A stretch of DNA of 64,000 bases from IMG/VR virus record IMGVR_UViG_3300021091_000059, positions 6,089-70,088 of that record; one strand, 5' to 3'. Below the pieces are notes generated by a model. The model saw only the letters and a list, made by a program, of their open reading frames with translations. It was not told where the DNA came from and ran no database searches. Positions 19,216 to 27,963 of the stretch are shown here, piece after piece; within the stretch, counting starts at the first letter, position 1; the number at the start of each line of letters is the position of its first letter. A program made the translations under genes and the position numbers. This stretch comes from a virus.

Positions 19216-19506
19216 ATGTCAAAAAGACAATCTAATTCTGTAAAATCAAAAATCCTTGCGTATCTTTCAAAAGAAAGCGGTTACAATACATTAACAGCAG
19301 CTAAAATGCAATCTGTTTTTGGTGTTGCAAACCCATCAGCAACAATCAATGAGTTGCGAAATGATGGTCATGCTATCTATTTGAACACACGCATTAATGC
19401 TAACGGTGATAAAGTTTCATTTTACCGTTTAGGTGCGCCAACGAAGCGTATGGTTGCAGCTGGTATCGCCGCTATTCGCCAACAAGGTGAAAGAGCATTT
19501 GCCTAA
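19216..19506 (+). CDS. Small winged-helix DNA-binding protein
   Basis: GGAG RBS before ATG 19216; LTAAKMQSVFGVANPSATINELRNDGHAI wHTH pattern; own promoter and terminator. Confidence 0.7.
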   Translation: MSKRQSNSVKSKILAYLSKESGYNTLTAAKMQSVFGVANPSATINELRNDGHAIYLNTRINANGDKVSFYRLGAPTKRMVAAGIAAIRQQGERAFA

Positions 19507-19528
19507 AATAATTTAGGAACCACAAAAG

Positions 19529-19563
19529 AGGTGTGATACATATAGGTGTCACACCTTTTTTTT
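19529..19563 (+). terminator. Rho-independent terminator
   Basis: AGGTGTGATAC/GTGTCACACCT stem followed by a T-run. Confidence 0.8.
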
Positions 19564-19583
19564 ATTATTAAAATGGACTTATC

Positions 19584-20399
19584 ATGGAAATTCAAGTTAA
19601 GATTGAAGAATTAAAAAAGAATAAATTGTTTGTGGCAACACCAATGTATGGTGGTATGGCACACGGTCTATATGTTAAATCATGCCTAGACTTACAAACA
19701 ACCATGTCAAAATATGGGATTGAAACCAAGTTTTCATTTCTATTCAACGAATCGCTTATTACACGAGCAAGAAATTACCTAGTAGATGAATTCTTACGCT
19801 CAGGTTTTACACACCTACTATTCATTGATTCAGATATTCATTATTCACCACAAGACATCATCGCTTTAATGGCGCTTGATAAAGATGTTATTGGTGGTCC
19901 TTACCCTAAAAAATCTATCAATTGGGCTAATGTAGCACAAGCTGCACGAAATCATCCTGATTTGGAACCAAAAGAATTAGAAACATTGGTTGGTGAATAT
20001 GTATTTAATGTGGTAAAAGGCACAAAACAATTTCAGGTGACTGACCCATTAGAAGTATTAGAAATTGGTACTGGTCACATGATGGTGAAACGCCATGTAT
20101 TTGATAAGATGAAAGAAGCTTATCCATTGATTCAATACAAACCAGACCATGTAGGTCAAGCTAACTTTGATGGTTCTCGTTATATCCATGCCTACTTTGA
20201 TACTGTGATTGATAGTAAAGATTCAATTACTGGTGGTGGTTCAGAACGATACCTATCAGAAGATTATATGTTCTGCCAAATGTGGCGTAAAATTGGTGGT
20301 CAAATTTTCTTATGCCCATGGATGAAGACGCAACATATTGGCACTTATGCCTTTACAGGAGATATGCCAAAGGTTGCACAATATACAGGTAAATTGTAA
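19584..20399 (+). CDS. GT-A fold glycosyltransferase-like protein
   Basis: VATPMYGG, ESLITRARN, LLFIDSDI (DxD) and SEDYMFC. Confidence 0.75.
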   Translation: MEIQVKIEELKKNKLFVATPMYGGMAHGLYVKSCLDLQTTMSKYGIETKFSFLFNESLITRARNYLVDEFLRSGFTHLLFIDSDIHYSPQDIIALMALDKDVIGGPYPKKSINWANVAQAARNHPDLEPKELETLVGEYVFNVVKGTKQFQVTDPLEVLEIGTGHMMVKRHVFDKMKEAYPLIQYKPDHVGQANFDGSRYIHAYFDTVIDSKDSITGGGSERYLSEDYMFCQMWRKIGGQIFLCPWMKTQHIGTYAFTGDMPKVAQYTGKL

Positions 20400-21028
20400 T
20401 GTTTATTGGTGTGGTTGGGTTTATTGGTTCAGGTAAAGGCTCCGTTGGTGATTTATTAGAGCAAAAAGGTTTTATCAAAGATAGTTTTGCTAGACCTTTG
20501 AAAGATGCCTGCTCTATCATGTTTGGTTGGCCTCGTGATTTATTGGAAGGCAATACTGAAGCCTCTAGACAATGGCGAGAACAACCTGATGAATTTTGGA
20601 GTGAGAAGACAGGTAAAGAATTTTCGCCTAGATTAGCACTTCAATTATTGGGCACCGAAGCGGGTCGTAATGTTTTTCATAAAGATATATGGATTAATTC
20701 ACTATTGAAACGAGCGGGTGATAAGAATGTGGTCATTACCGATGTTCGTTTTAAGAATGAGTTAAAGTTTATTCATAAGCATAATGGTATCATTGTTCGT
20801 GTTAAACGAGGGCCTGAACCAGATTGGTATCAAGATGCTATTACATTTAACAAGGGTGACCGCCATATTGGATGGGCATTAGCAAAAGAGAGGTTGAAAC
20901 AAAAAGGTATTCACCAGTCAGAAACAGATTGGGTGGGTTCAAAGTTTGATTATGTAATAGAGAACGAAGGCACTTTAGAAGAACTTGGCAATAAAGTAGA
21001 TGACCTCTTGCAATTTATTCAAAAATGA
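20399..21028 (+). CDS. g1: Deoxynucleoside monophosphate kinase (gp1-like)
   Basis: GFIGSGKG, SFARPLKD, PRLALQLLGTE, ITDVRF and HQSE. Confidence 0.92.
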   Translation: MFIGVVGFIGSGKGSVGDLLEQKGFIKDSFARPLKDACSIMFGWPRDLLEGNTEASRQWREQPDEFWSEKTGKEFSPRLALQLLGTEAGRNVFHKDIWINSLLKRAGDKNVVITDVRFKNELKFIHKHNGIIVRVKRGPEPDWYQDAITFNKGDRHIGWALAKERLKQKGIHQSETDWVGSKFDYVIENEGTLEELGNKVDDLLQFIQK

Positions 21029-21036
21029 TTTATAAT
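21008..21036 (+). promoter_or_regulatory. sigma70-type promoter for gp45
   Basis: TTGCAA-17bp-TATAAT. Confidence 0.65.
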
Positions 21037-21068
21037 GATTTTGTTATTATTAGAAAAGGTGAAAGTAT

Positions 21069-21755
21069 ATGAAATTATCAAACGAAACATTTGCTATATT
21101 AAAGAATTTTGGTGCCATTAATCCTGGTATTCACTTTAAAAAAGGCAAAACTCTTAAAACAGTTTCTTCACATAAAAATATTTTAGCTCAAGTAGATATT
21201 ACTGAAGAAATTCCTGCTAACTTTGGTGTGTATGACTTAAACAACTTCTTATCTGCGGTATCTTTACACAAAGATAATCCGTCATTTGAGTTTGATGAAA
21301 AGCATGTTGTAATTGTTGGTAATGGCGGTCGTAGTAAGACCAAGTATCGCTTTTGTGAACCAGCCATGTTAGTAATACCACCAGAAAAAGATATTGTATT
21401 GCCTGAATGTGAAATCTCATTAGAATTATCTGAAGCAGATTTTGATTGGATTATGAGATCCGCAGTCGTATTAGTTTCACCACAGATTGCATTTGAATCT
21501 GATGGTTTATCTGTTAAGGCTGTTACTTTAGATTTAGCTAATGATGCTGCCCATACCGATGCCCTTGAGATTGCTAAAGGTAATGGTGATAAGTATCGTA
21601 TGATTTTTAAAACAGAGAATCTGTCCAAACTATTAAACGGTAGTTATAGTGTTAAGATTACCTCTAAAGGTATTTCACATTTTAAACATAAAAACATTCC
21701 ATTACAATATTGGATTTCAACAGAGCAAGGTTCTAAATTTGAGAAAGGTAGTTAA
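21069..21755 (+). CDS. g45: Sliding clamp gp45
   Basis: MKLSNETFAILKNFGAINPGI and FGVYDLNNFL. Confidence 0.95.
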   Translation: MKLSNETFAILKNFGAINPGIHFKKGKTLKTVSSHKNILAQVDITEEIPANFGVYDLNNFLSAVSLHKDNPSFEFDEKHVVIVGNGGRSKTKYRFCEPAMLVIPPEKDIVLPECEISLELSEADFDWIMRSAVVLVSPQIAFESDGLSVKAVTLDLANDAAHTDALEIAKGNGDKYRMIFKTENLSKLLNGSYSVKITSKGISHFKHKNIPLQYWISTEQGSKFEKGS

Positions 21756-21757
21756 TC

Positions 21758-21973
21758 GTGGCTGTTAAAATTTTTCAAAACGCCTTTGGTGGTAATGCCT
21801 CAAACTCTATTGCAATTAACCCAAATCATGTCATGTCAGTATTTGAAACAATGAGTATTAATCCAGATACTGGTGATGAAGAGCGCATGACAAACATTTT
21901 TAGTGTTTCAGGTAACACCTGGCAAGTTAAAGATTCATATCTTGATGTGCTTGCTAAATTGAATGAAGATTAA
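21758..21973 (+). CDS. Small hypothetical protein
   Basis: ORF between gp45 and gp44; IAINPNHV...WQVKDSYLDV. Confidence 0.55.
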   Translation: MAVKIFQNAFGGNASNSIAINPNHVMSVFETMSINPDTGDEERMTNIFSVSGNTWQVKDSYLDVLAKLNED

Positions 21974-22002
21974 TTTTATATTTTATATTATGAGGTGTGT
22001 AA

Positions 22003-22935
22003 ATGGAACATTTATTATGGACGGAAAAATATCGTCCTAAAAGAATAGAAGACTGCATATTGCCTGAACGGTTGAAGAAACCATTTCAGGAGTATGTTAA
22101 TCAAAGCAGTATTCCTAATCTTCTACTTGCTGGTGGTGCGGGTGTTGGTAAAACAACTGTCGCTAAGGCTATGTGTGAAGAAATTGGTTGTGATTATATG
22201 GTCATTAATGGTTCAGATGAATCAGGTATTGACATATTCAGAACCAAAATCAAAAGCTATGCTTCATCAATGTCACTTACTGGTGGCCGTAAAGTCATTA
22301 TTATAGACGAAGCAGATTATCTACAAGCAAACTCAACTCAACCAGCTCTTCGTAGTGCGATAGAAGAATTCGCAGCTAATTGTTCATTCATCTTTACATG
22401 TAATTATAAATCTAAACTAATACAACCACTTCATTCGAGATGTGCTGTTATTGACTTCAGTCTTAAAGGTGATGAGAAGTCCTCTATGGCATCTCAATTC
22501 TTTAAGAAAATTCAAGGCATATTAGAATCTGAAGAAGTAATATATGATGATAAAGTAATTGCTGAAGTAATTAAGAAACACTTTCCAGATTTTCGTAGGG
22601 TGTTAAATGAGTTACAAAGATACAGCCAGTTTGGTAAAATTGATGTAGGTATTTTATCTCAAATTGAAAATGTTCAGATCGATGAAGTCATTAAGTATAT
22701 TAAAGCAAAAAATTACTATGCTATTCGTAAATGGGTGGCTACAGCTGGGTTAGATGCTAATATGGTGTTTCGCCAAATATATGATGCTTTATATGAAGTT
22801 ATGAAACCACATTTTGTACCACGAGCAGTTTTAATTATAGCTGACTATCAATATAAGAACGCATTTGTAGCTGATCCTGAAATCAATCTAGTTGCCTGTT
22901 TAACTGAATTGATGGCTAACTGTGAGTATATATGA
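22003..22935 (+). CDS. g44: Clamp loader large subunit gp44
   Basis: LWTEKYRP, GAGVGKTT, IIDEAD, SRC and FPDFRR. Confidence 0.97.
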   Translation: MEHLLWTEKYRPKRIEDCILPERLKKPFQEYVNQSSIPNLLLAGGAGVGKTTVAKAMCEEIGCDYMVINGSDESGIDIFRTKIKSYASSMSLTGGRKVIIIDEADYLQANSTQPALRSAIEEFAANCSFIFTCNYKSKLIQPLHSRCAVIDFSLKGDEKSSMASQFFKKIQGILESEEVIYDDKVIAEVIKKHFPDFRRVLNELQRYSQFGKIDVGILSQIENVQIDEVIKYIKAKNYYAIRKWVATAGLDANMVFRQIYDALYEVMKPHFVPRAVLIIADYQYKNAFVADPEINLVACLTELMANCEYI

Positions 22936-23549
22936 TAAATTATAGACAAGTAAAAACATATCCTATTAATAATGTGATTACAACTTTGTTTGGTCATGAA
23001 TATGAGATAACATCATATCTAAAAGATAATGTCCAATGGAATAAAGTTATGAGTGTTATGGTTTCTTACAAAAACAAATATAATGATTTTGCTGGAAGAT
23101 TTCTGAAATCAACATTGGTTCATTATGCGATTTATAGGTTTTCAAACCATAAAATTAAATATATTGATGAGATTGGTTGTGATTTCTTTGTTCCAGAAAA
23201 AAACATAAGGTTAGAATTTAAGGGTGGACTAAAAATGTTTCAACATAACGCTAAAACAACAGTTAAAATTAAATTGAAAAATTTTAATGGATATGAAACG
23301 CCATTAGAAAAAACTTTTGATTATCTAGTGTTATGTGATGGTAATACTGTTGGTGTTGTTTCTTTTGAAAATATTTTACCTTATACAAGTAGAAAAGATG
23401 ATGGAATCTATGGTAAAATACCATACAATGTTATAGAGTTTTTTATAGAAACCGGTAAAATAAAAGATACGAAAATCAATTTAATAGATATTGAAAAAAG
23501 AATAATAGAAGAAGCTTTAGATAAAGTAGAAGCCTCTTATGCGATTTGA
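22932..23549 (+). CDS. Putative PD-(D/E)XK nuclease-like protein
   Basis: GCDFFVPEKNIRLEFKG catalytic-like motif; AT-rich insert in the clamp-loader operon. Confidence 0.45.
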   Translation: MINYRQVKTYPINNVITTLFGHEYEITSYLKDNVQWNKVMSVMVSYKNKYNDFAGRFLKSTLVHYAIYRFSNHKIKYIDEIGCDFFVPEKNIRLEFKGGLKMFQHNAKTTVKIKLKNFNGYETPLEKTFDYLVLCDGNTVGVVSFENILPYTSRKDDGIYGKIPYNVIEFFIETGKIKDTKINLIDIEKRIIEEALDKVEASYAI

Positions 23550-23967
23550 AGATGAGGATCCGGCTAGGAGAAACAATTTACCATATCCTATGGATGTTGG
23601 TTCTCCAAAATTTGATTTAGTTCCAGTTAAATCACAAAAAGACCATATGCTTAATATCGCAAGATTAAGCGCTCAACAAGAGTATGATAGAATTATGGAA
23701 TTGGTCAATGTGTTAAGAAAGCAAGCTGATCAAATTAAAAAAAGATTAGATTTAACCAATATGATTTATGATGCCCATTATGAGTTTCAAATAACTCAAG
23801 GACAAATATATTGGTTAATTTATAATAAAAGAACACAAAGAAATATGTTAATTATTAATGGTCCTAAAGATTGGAGTTCTGGACCACCTTTAGATTATGA
23901 ATACATATGTGCTGTTAAGTCATTAGGTGACCACACATGGATAGAGATTGAAAGTGAGAAGATATGA
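23539..23967 (+). CDS. DUF2452-like hypothetical protein
   Basis: LPYPMDVGSPKF...GQIYWL...GPKDW...DHTW pattern. Confidence 0.6.
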   Translation: MRFEDEDPARRNNLPYPMDVGSPKFDLVPVKSQKDHMLNIARLSAQQEYDRIMELVNVLRKQADQIKKRLDLTNMIYDAHYEFQITQGQIYWLIYNKRTQRNMLIINGPKDWSSGPPLDYEYICAVKSLGDHTWIEIESEKI

Positions 23968-24356
23968 GTGTATTTGATTATGTAAATGCGATATTAGAGA
24001 ACAAGAAAGATTTAATTGTTGATGAGATATCTGAAAAATCATATGACGCTTTCATCGTAAATAGAGCCCTTTCTTTACATAAAGACTGTATATTTTATGC
24101 AAATGAAATGAATCGTTTGCATTTTTTAGATAAAAAACTACAGAATGATTTTTTACTAAATATAGTCAGGTCACAAAAGAGACCATTTGCTAAGTGGGTT
24201 AAAACTGAGAAAAGTGAAGATTTAAAATGTATAAAGCAAGTCTTTGGTTTCTCCAATATAAAAGCTCGTGAAGCCATTCGCTTACTTAGCAAAGAACAAA
24301 TCCAAAAATTAAAAGAACAAACCGATACCGGTGGATTAGGAAAGAAAAATGGTTGA
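23964..24356 (+). CDS. g62: Clamp loader small subunit gp62
   Basis: FIVNRALS, ANEMN and KRPFAKW; lies before regA. Confidence 0.92.
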   Translation: MSVFDYVNAILENKKDLIVDEISEKSYDAFIVNRALSLHKDCIFYANEMNRLHFLDKKLQNDFLLNIVRSQKRPFAKWVKTEKSEDLKCIKQVFGFSNIKAREAIRLLSKEQIQKLKEQTDTGGLGKKNG

Positions 24357-24753
24357 TTTGAGTAAGTTCGTTGAAGTCATTTTCAATGAACCAGATGATT
24401 TTCTCAAAGTTCGTGAAACACTAACACGAATTGGAGTATCATCTCGTAAAGAAAAAGTTCTTTACCAGTCTTGTCATATTTTACATAAACAAGGACATTA
24501 TTATATTGTTCATTTCAAAGAATTATTTGCATTAGATGGTAAACCATCCAATTTATCAGAAAATGACATACAAAGACGAAACGCAATCGCTAAACTATTA
24601 GAGGAGTGGGGTCTAATTAAGATACTAAATCCTAAACTATTAGAAAACAATATTGCACCACTTCACCAAATTAAAATCATCGCTTTTAAAGAAAAGGATG
24701 AATGGAGTTTAATTCCAAAATATAATATTGGTAAAAAACCACAGGAATATTAG
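24349..24753 (+). CDS. regA: Translational repressor RegA
   Basis: DDFLKVRETLTRIG and SCHILHKQGHYYIVHFKELFALDG. Confidence 0.98.
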   Translation: MVDLSKFVEVIFNEPDDFLKVRETLTRIGVSSRKEKVLYQSCHILHKQGHYYIVHFKELFALDGKPSNLSENDIQRRNAIAKLLEEWGLIKILNPKLLENNIAPLHQIKIIAFKEKDEWSLIPKYNIGKKPQEY

Positions 24754-24774
24754 TCAATCTGACTAAATATGGAC

Positions 24775-24821
24775 GTGATGCCTTTTGGGTCACATTTTGA
24801 AAACTTGCTTATTTTAAGGAG
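24775..24821 (+). promoter_or_regulatory. ROSE-like RNA thermometer in the hsp20 leader
   Basis: CTTGCTTA-ttt-TAAGGAG: the UUGCU motif pairs with the SD leaving a bulged G; preceded by a second hairpin at 24775-793. Confidence 0.6.
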
Positions 24822-24827
24822 AAAGCT

Positions 24828-25307
24828 ATGACATTAAGTCGTTTAACACCGTTGTATCATACAACATTGGGTTTCGAAAACTTCTTTGATGAAGTTGAAA
24901 AACTATTAAATTCAGATTTTAAGAATACAACAACCTCATTTCCACCACATAACATTCTAAAACTAGATGATAATCATTACGTTGTAGAATTAGCTGTGGC
25001 AGGCTTTAGTAAAGAAGATATTGATGTATCTGTAAATGATGGTGAATTGATTATTAAAGGAAACAAAGAAGATAAAGCCGAATCTGGCGAATACCTACAT
25101 AGAGGTATAGGTCTTCGTTCATTTACTAAGACTTTGCGTATTGCTGATACCGTAGAAGTTAAAGGTGCAGAATATAAAAATGGTATTTTAAAAATTGGTT
25201 TAGAAAATGTTATTCCTGACCATAAAAAACCTCGTAAGATTGAAATCGGTAAAGAATTAAATTTCTATAAACCAGAACTTCTTAACGAACAGGCAGCAGC
25301 AGTATAA
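24828..25307 (+). CDS. hsp20: Small heat-shock protein Hsp20/IbpA
   Basis: FPPHNI, ELAVAGF, YLHRGIGLRSF and NGILKI. Confidence 0.95.
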   Translation: MTLSRLTPLYHTTLGFENFFDEVEKLLNSDFKNTTTSFPPHNILKLDDNHYVVELAVAGFSKEDIDVSVNDGELIIKGNKEDKAESGEYLHRGIGLRSFTKTLRIADTVEVKGAEYKNGILKIGLENVIPDHKKPRKIEIGKELNFYKPELLNEQAAAV

Positions 25308-25311
25308 GAGA

Positions 25312-25337
25312 TGGAGGCTTCGGCCTCCACTTTTTTT
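25312..25337 (+). terminator. Rho-independent terminator
   Basis: TGGAGGC-ttcg-GCCTCCA followed by a T-run. Confidence 0.9.
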
Positions 25338-25345
25338 AATAATAA

Positions 25346-25531
25346 ATGGAGTATATTATGTTTGGTTCTGATAGTAACTTTAAAATGCCAAAAACAGTCA
25401 AAAGATTAATGGCAAGTTTTGGTGGTAGAAAAAAAATTGAATTTAAACATGCGATGATTAAAGCTATTGTAACCGCAGTCAAAGCGCCGCCACTTAAACG
25501 AGGAAAAAATATCGAAAAAGAAAAGGATTAA
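25346..25531 (+). CDS. Small basic hypothetical protein
   Basis: Lys-rich ORF; the true start may be the internal ATG after GGAG. Confidence 0.5.
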   Translation: MEYIMFGSDSNFKMPKTVKRLMASFGGRKKIEFKHAMIKAIVTAVKAPPLKRGKNIEKEKD

Positions 25532-25535
25532 AAAG

Positions 25536-26012
25536 ATGGATTTAAAACAAAAACTAAGCGAAAATTTTTCATTAAGCGAATTGACAAAAAGTGAAACAGC
25601 TATTCGAAATAATTTAGATAACACTCCAACACAAGAAGTTGTAAATAATTTAAAAACATTATGTGAAAATATTTTGCAACCAGTCCGTGAAGGATATGGT
25701 GTTGCAGTTAAAGTAAATTCTGGTTATAGAGCACCAGAAGTTAATGCAGCTGTAGGTGGTTCAAGAACATCTGACCATTGTAAAGGTCAGGCAGCAGACA
25801 TTGAGATTCCAGGTGTACCTAATGCTGAATTAGCAGAATGGATTAAAGACAATTTAGATTTCACACAATTGATTCTTGAATTCTATACACCAGGTATTCC
25901 AGATTCTGGTTGGGTTCATGTATCTTATGATGCTAATAACCTCAAGAAACAAGCATTAACAGCGGTAAAAGAAAACGGCAAAACAGTTTATAAGCCAGGA
26001 CTAATTGCCTAA
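25536..26012 (+). CDS. Peptidase M15A (D-Ala-D-Ala carboxypeptidase-like), probable endolysin
   Basis: SGYR..VN.AVGG..SDHCKGQAAD and WVHVS zinc motifs. Confidence 0.9.
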   Translation: MDLKQKLSENFSLSELTKSETAIRNNLDNTPTQEVVNNLKTLCENILQPVREGYGVAVKVNSGYRAPEVNAAVGGSRTSDHCKGQAADIEIPGVPNAELAEWIKDNLDFTQLILEFYTPGIPDSGWVHVSYDANNLKKQALTAVKENGKTVYKPGLIA

Positions 26013-26200
26013 TTTAAACAGATAAACAGTAGTAGTAATTAATGATTTTTAGTAATGACTTTTAGCTGAAAGTGTTATAAAATATAAATGTTAAGTAATA
26101 ATATTTAACAATAAAACTCAAGTTAGACCTTTGCAATTATATTGTATCTCTAACGATTTGGATTATAAATTAAAAACTTATCAATCTAAGGAGAAATAAT

Positions 26201-26272
26201 ATGTGGACAACACCATCAGCTCAAGAAATGCGTTTTGGCTTTGAAGTGACCATGTATGTAATGAATAAATAA
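26201..26272 (+). CDS. pqqA: PQQ precursor peptide PqqA (MWTTPSAQEMRFGFEVTMYVMNK)
   Basis: Not in the ORF track; AAGGAG RBS; RFGFEVTMY with the E-x3-Y core; own terminator. Confidence 0.95.
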   Translation: MWTTPSAQEMRFGFEVTMYVMNK

Positions 26273-26292
26273 TAACAATATTCTTACAACAT

Positions 26293-26320
26293 AAAACCTC
26301 ACTTCGGTGAGGTTTTTTTT
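26293..26320 (+). terminator. Rho-independent terminator after pqqA
   Basis: AAAACCTCAC-ttcg-GTGAGGTTTT followed by a T-run. Confidence 0.9.
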
Positions 26321-26332
26321 ATTTGGAGTTTT

Positions 26333-26770
26333 ATGATAAATAGAATCACAGGATTCACCTGTTCAACTTTTGATTTGCTTCATGCGGGTCATATTCTTAT
26401 GCTTCGTGAAGCTAAATCTCAATGTGATTATTTAATTATTGGATTACAAACCAATCCATCCATTGATAGACCACAAACCAAAAATAAACCAGTTCAATCT
26501 ATTGTTGAAAGATATGTTCAACTATCAGCTGTAAAATATGTTGATGAAATTATTGTGTATGAAACTGAAAAAGACCTTGAAGATTTGTTAATGTTTTTAC
26601 CATTAAATAAAAGATTCATTGGTGAAGAATATCAAGGCAAAGATTTCACCGGAAAACAAATTTGTGTTGATCGTAACATAGATATAATATACAATTCAAG
26701 GACACATCGTTTTAGTTCTACTGAGCTTCGTCAAAGAACCTATCAACATGAATTAGAGAGAAAAACATAA
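26333..26770 (+). CDS. Glycerol-3-phosphate cytidylyltransferase-like (TagD family)
   Basis: FDLLHAGH, KYVDEI and RTHRFSSTELR. Confidence 0.85.
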   Translation: MINRITGFTCSTFDLLHAGHILMLREAKSQCDYLIIGLQTNPSIDRPQTKNKPVQSIVERYVQLSAVKYVDEIIVYETEKDLEDLLMFLPLNKRFIGEEYQGKDFTGKQICVDRNIDIIYNSRTHRFSSTELRQRTYQHELERKT

Positions 26771-27429
26771 TGGCATTTCTAGTCCACAATTTACCACCAA
26801 TTCAATGTTATGTAAAGAAAGAGTTTCTCTATGACTTTGAAAAAGGTTATGGAGAATACGAACCATGTATTTGGATTTCAATAAAGTGTATCAAAGGCCA
26901 AGCATTTCGTATTGAATCGTTATTACCTAACTATGGCGCCATGTATGATAAACTTCCTTTACATGCTTTTGTATCAAGGCAAACAGACCTTAAAAATGCA
27001 ACTTTACCTTTGGATTACTTGCAAATTTGGGATTGTTTAAGTTATAATATTACTGTAGTTGAAAAAGATAATTTACGAATGTTAAAATGTAAATTTCTTG
27101 ATAAAGATAGGAAATGGCACTTTGGTGAATATATGTTTACCGTAGATTTTTGTCAAAATGATCCTGGATATCTAAACACAGGATTTTCTGAAACAGTAGA
27201 AGAACATAAGAGCTATAATTTTATGAAGTTGGATAATGGACAATTTGCTGCTCAACCAAACAACAAAACATTATTTTATGATGCTTCTTTGACGGTGCCT
27301 GAATTCAAAACACCAGATTTTAAAATAGCAACAAAGTTGTATTCAGTAGAAAGTAATCCTAAACATTCTGCCAGAAACAACAATGATTTTTTCTATGATT
27401 TTAAGGAAATTAAGGAAAGAAAAGAATGA
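26770..27429 (+). CDS. Conserved phage hypothetical protein
   Basis: YGAMYDKLPLHAF, LQIWDCLSY and NGQFAAQPNN. Confidence 0.6.
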   Translation: MAFLVHNLPPIQCYVKKEFLYDFEKGYGEYEPCIWISIKCIKGQAFRIESLLPNYGAMYDKLPLHAFVSRQTDLKNATLPLDYLQIWDCLSYNITVVEKDNLRMLKCKFLDKDRKWHFGEYMFTVDFCQNDPGYLNTGFSETVEEHKSYNFMKLDNGQFAAQPNNKTLFYDASLTVPEFKTPDFKIATKLYSVESNPKHSARNNNDFFYDFKEIKERKE

Positions 27430-27650
27430 ATACTCGTGAAGTAGCAAAGAAACTAGCCATTGAACACAAAATGCCTCGTGCAGATCGGTATGATCTATTT
27501 TTTCGTGAATATGATAACATGGTTGAAATTGTTGGGTGGGTTCAAGATCCAACTTATAATATGAATGAATTTAAAGGCCGTGAAATGTTATACCCAAAAA
27601 GATGGGTCACTATCGGCGTTTTGCCAGCAAGTTTAACAATTGGATTATAA
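27426..27650 (+). CDS. Hypothetical protein
   Basis: Overlapping start/stop packing within the operon. Confidence 0.5.
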   Translation: MNTREVAKKLAIEHKMPRADRYDLFFREYDNMVEIVGWVQDPTYNMNEFKGREMLYPKRWVTIGVLPASLTIGL

Positions 27651-27651
27651 T

Positions 27652-27951
27652 ATGAAACTAAAATTAATTACACTTAAAACAACACAAACACTTATTGGTG
27701 AAGTTGATTGTAATGATAAAAATGAAATTACCATCAAGCAACCCGTTCAAGTAATCGCTCAACCAACAAAAGAAGGAACTGTAATGGGCTTTGCACCATT
27801 TTTAGAGTTTGCTTCTGAATTTAAAACTGGTATTAAGATTTCAATGGACAATGTTTTATGCCTTACTGAACCTGTTCGTGAATTAGAAAATCAATATAAC
27901 AAAGTATTTGGTGCGGGTATCGAAATTGCCTCAATTATTCCAAAAGTGTGA
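27652..27951 (+). CDS. Small Sm-like hypothetical protein upstream of gp43
   Basis: KLITLKTTQTLIGE...QYNKVFGAGI pattern common before T4-like gp43. Confidence 0.6.
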   Translation: MKLKLITLKTTQTLIGEVDCNDKNEITIKQPVQVIAQPTKEGTVMGFAPFLEFASEFKTGIKISMDNVLCLTEPVRELENQYNKVFGAGIEIASIIPKV

Positions 27952-27963
27952 TATACTCTTTGA

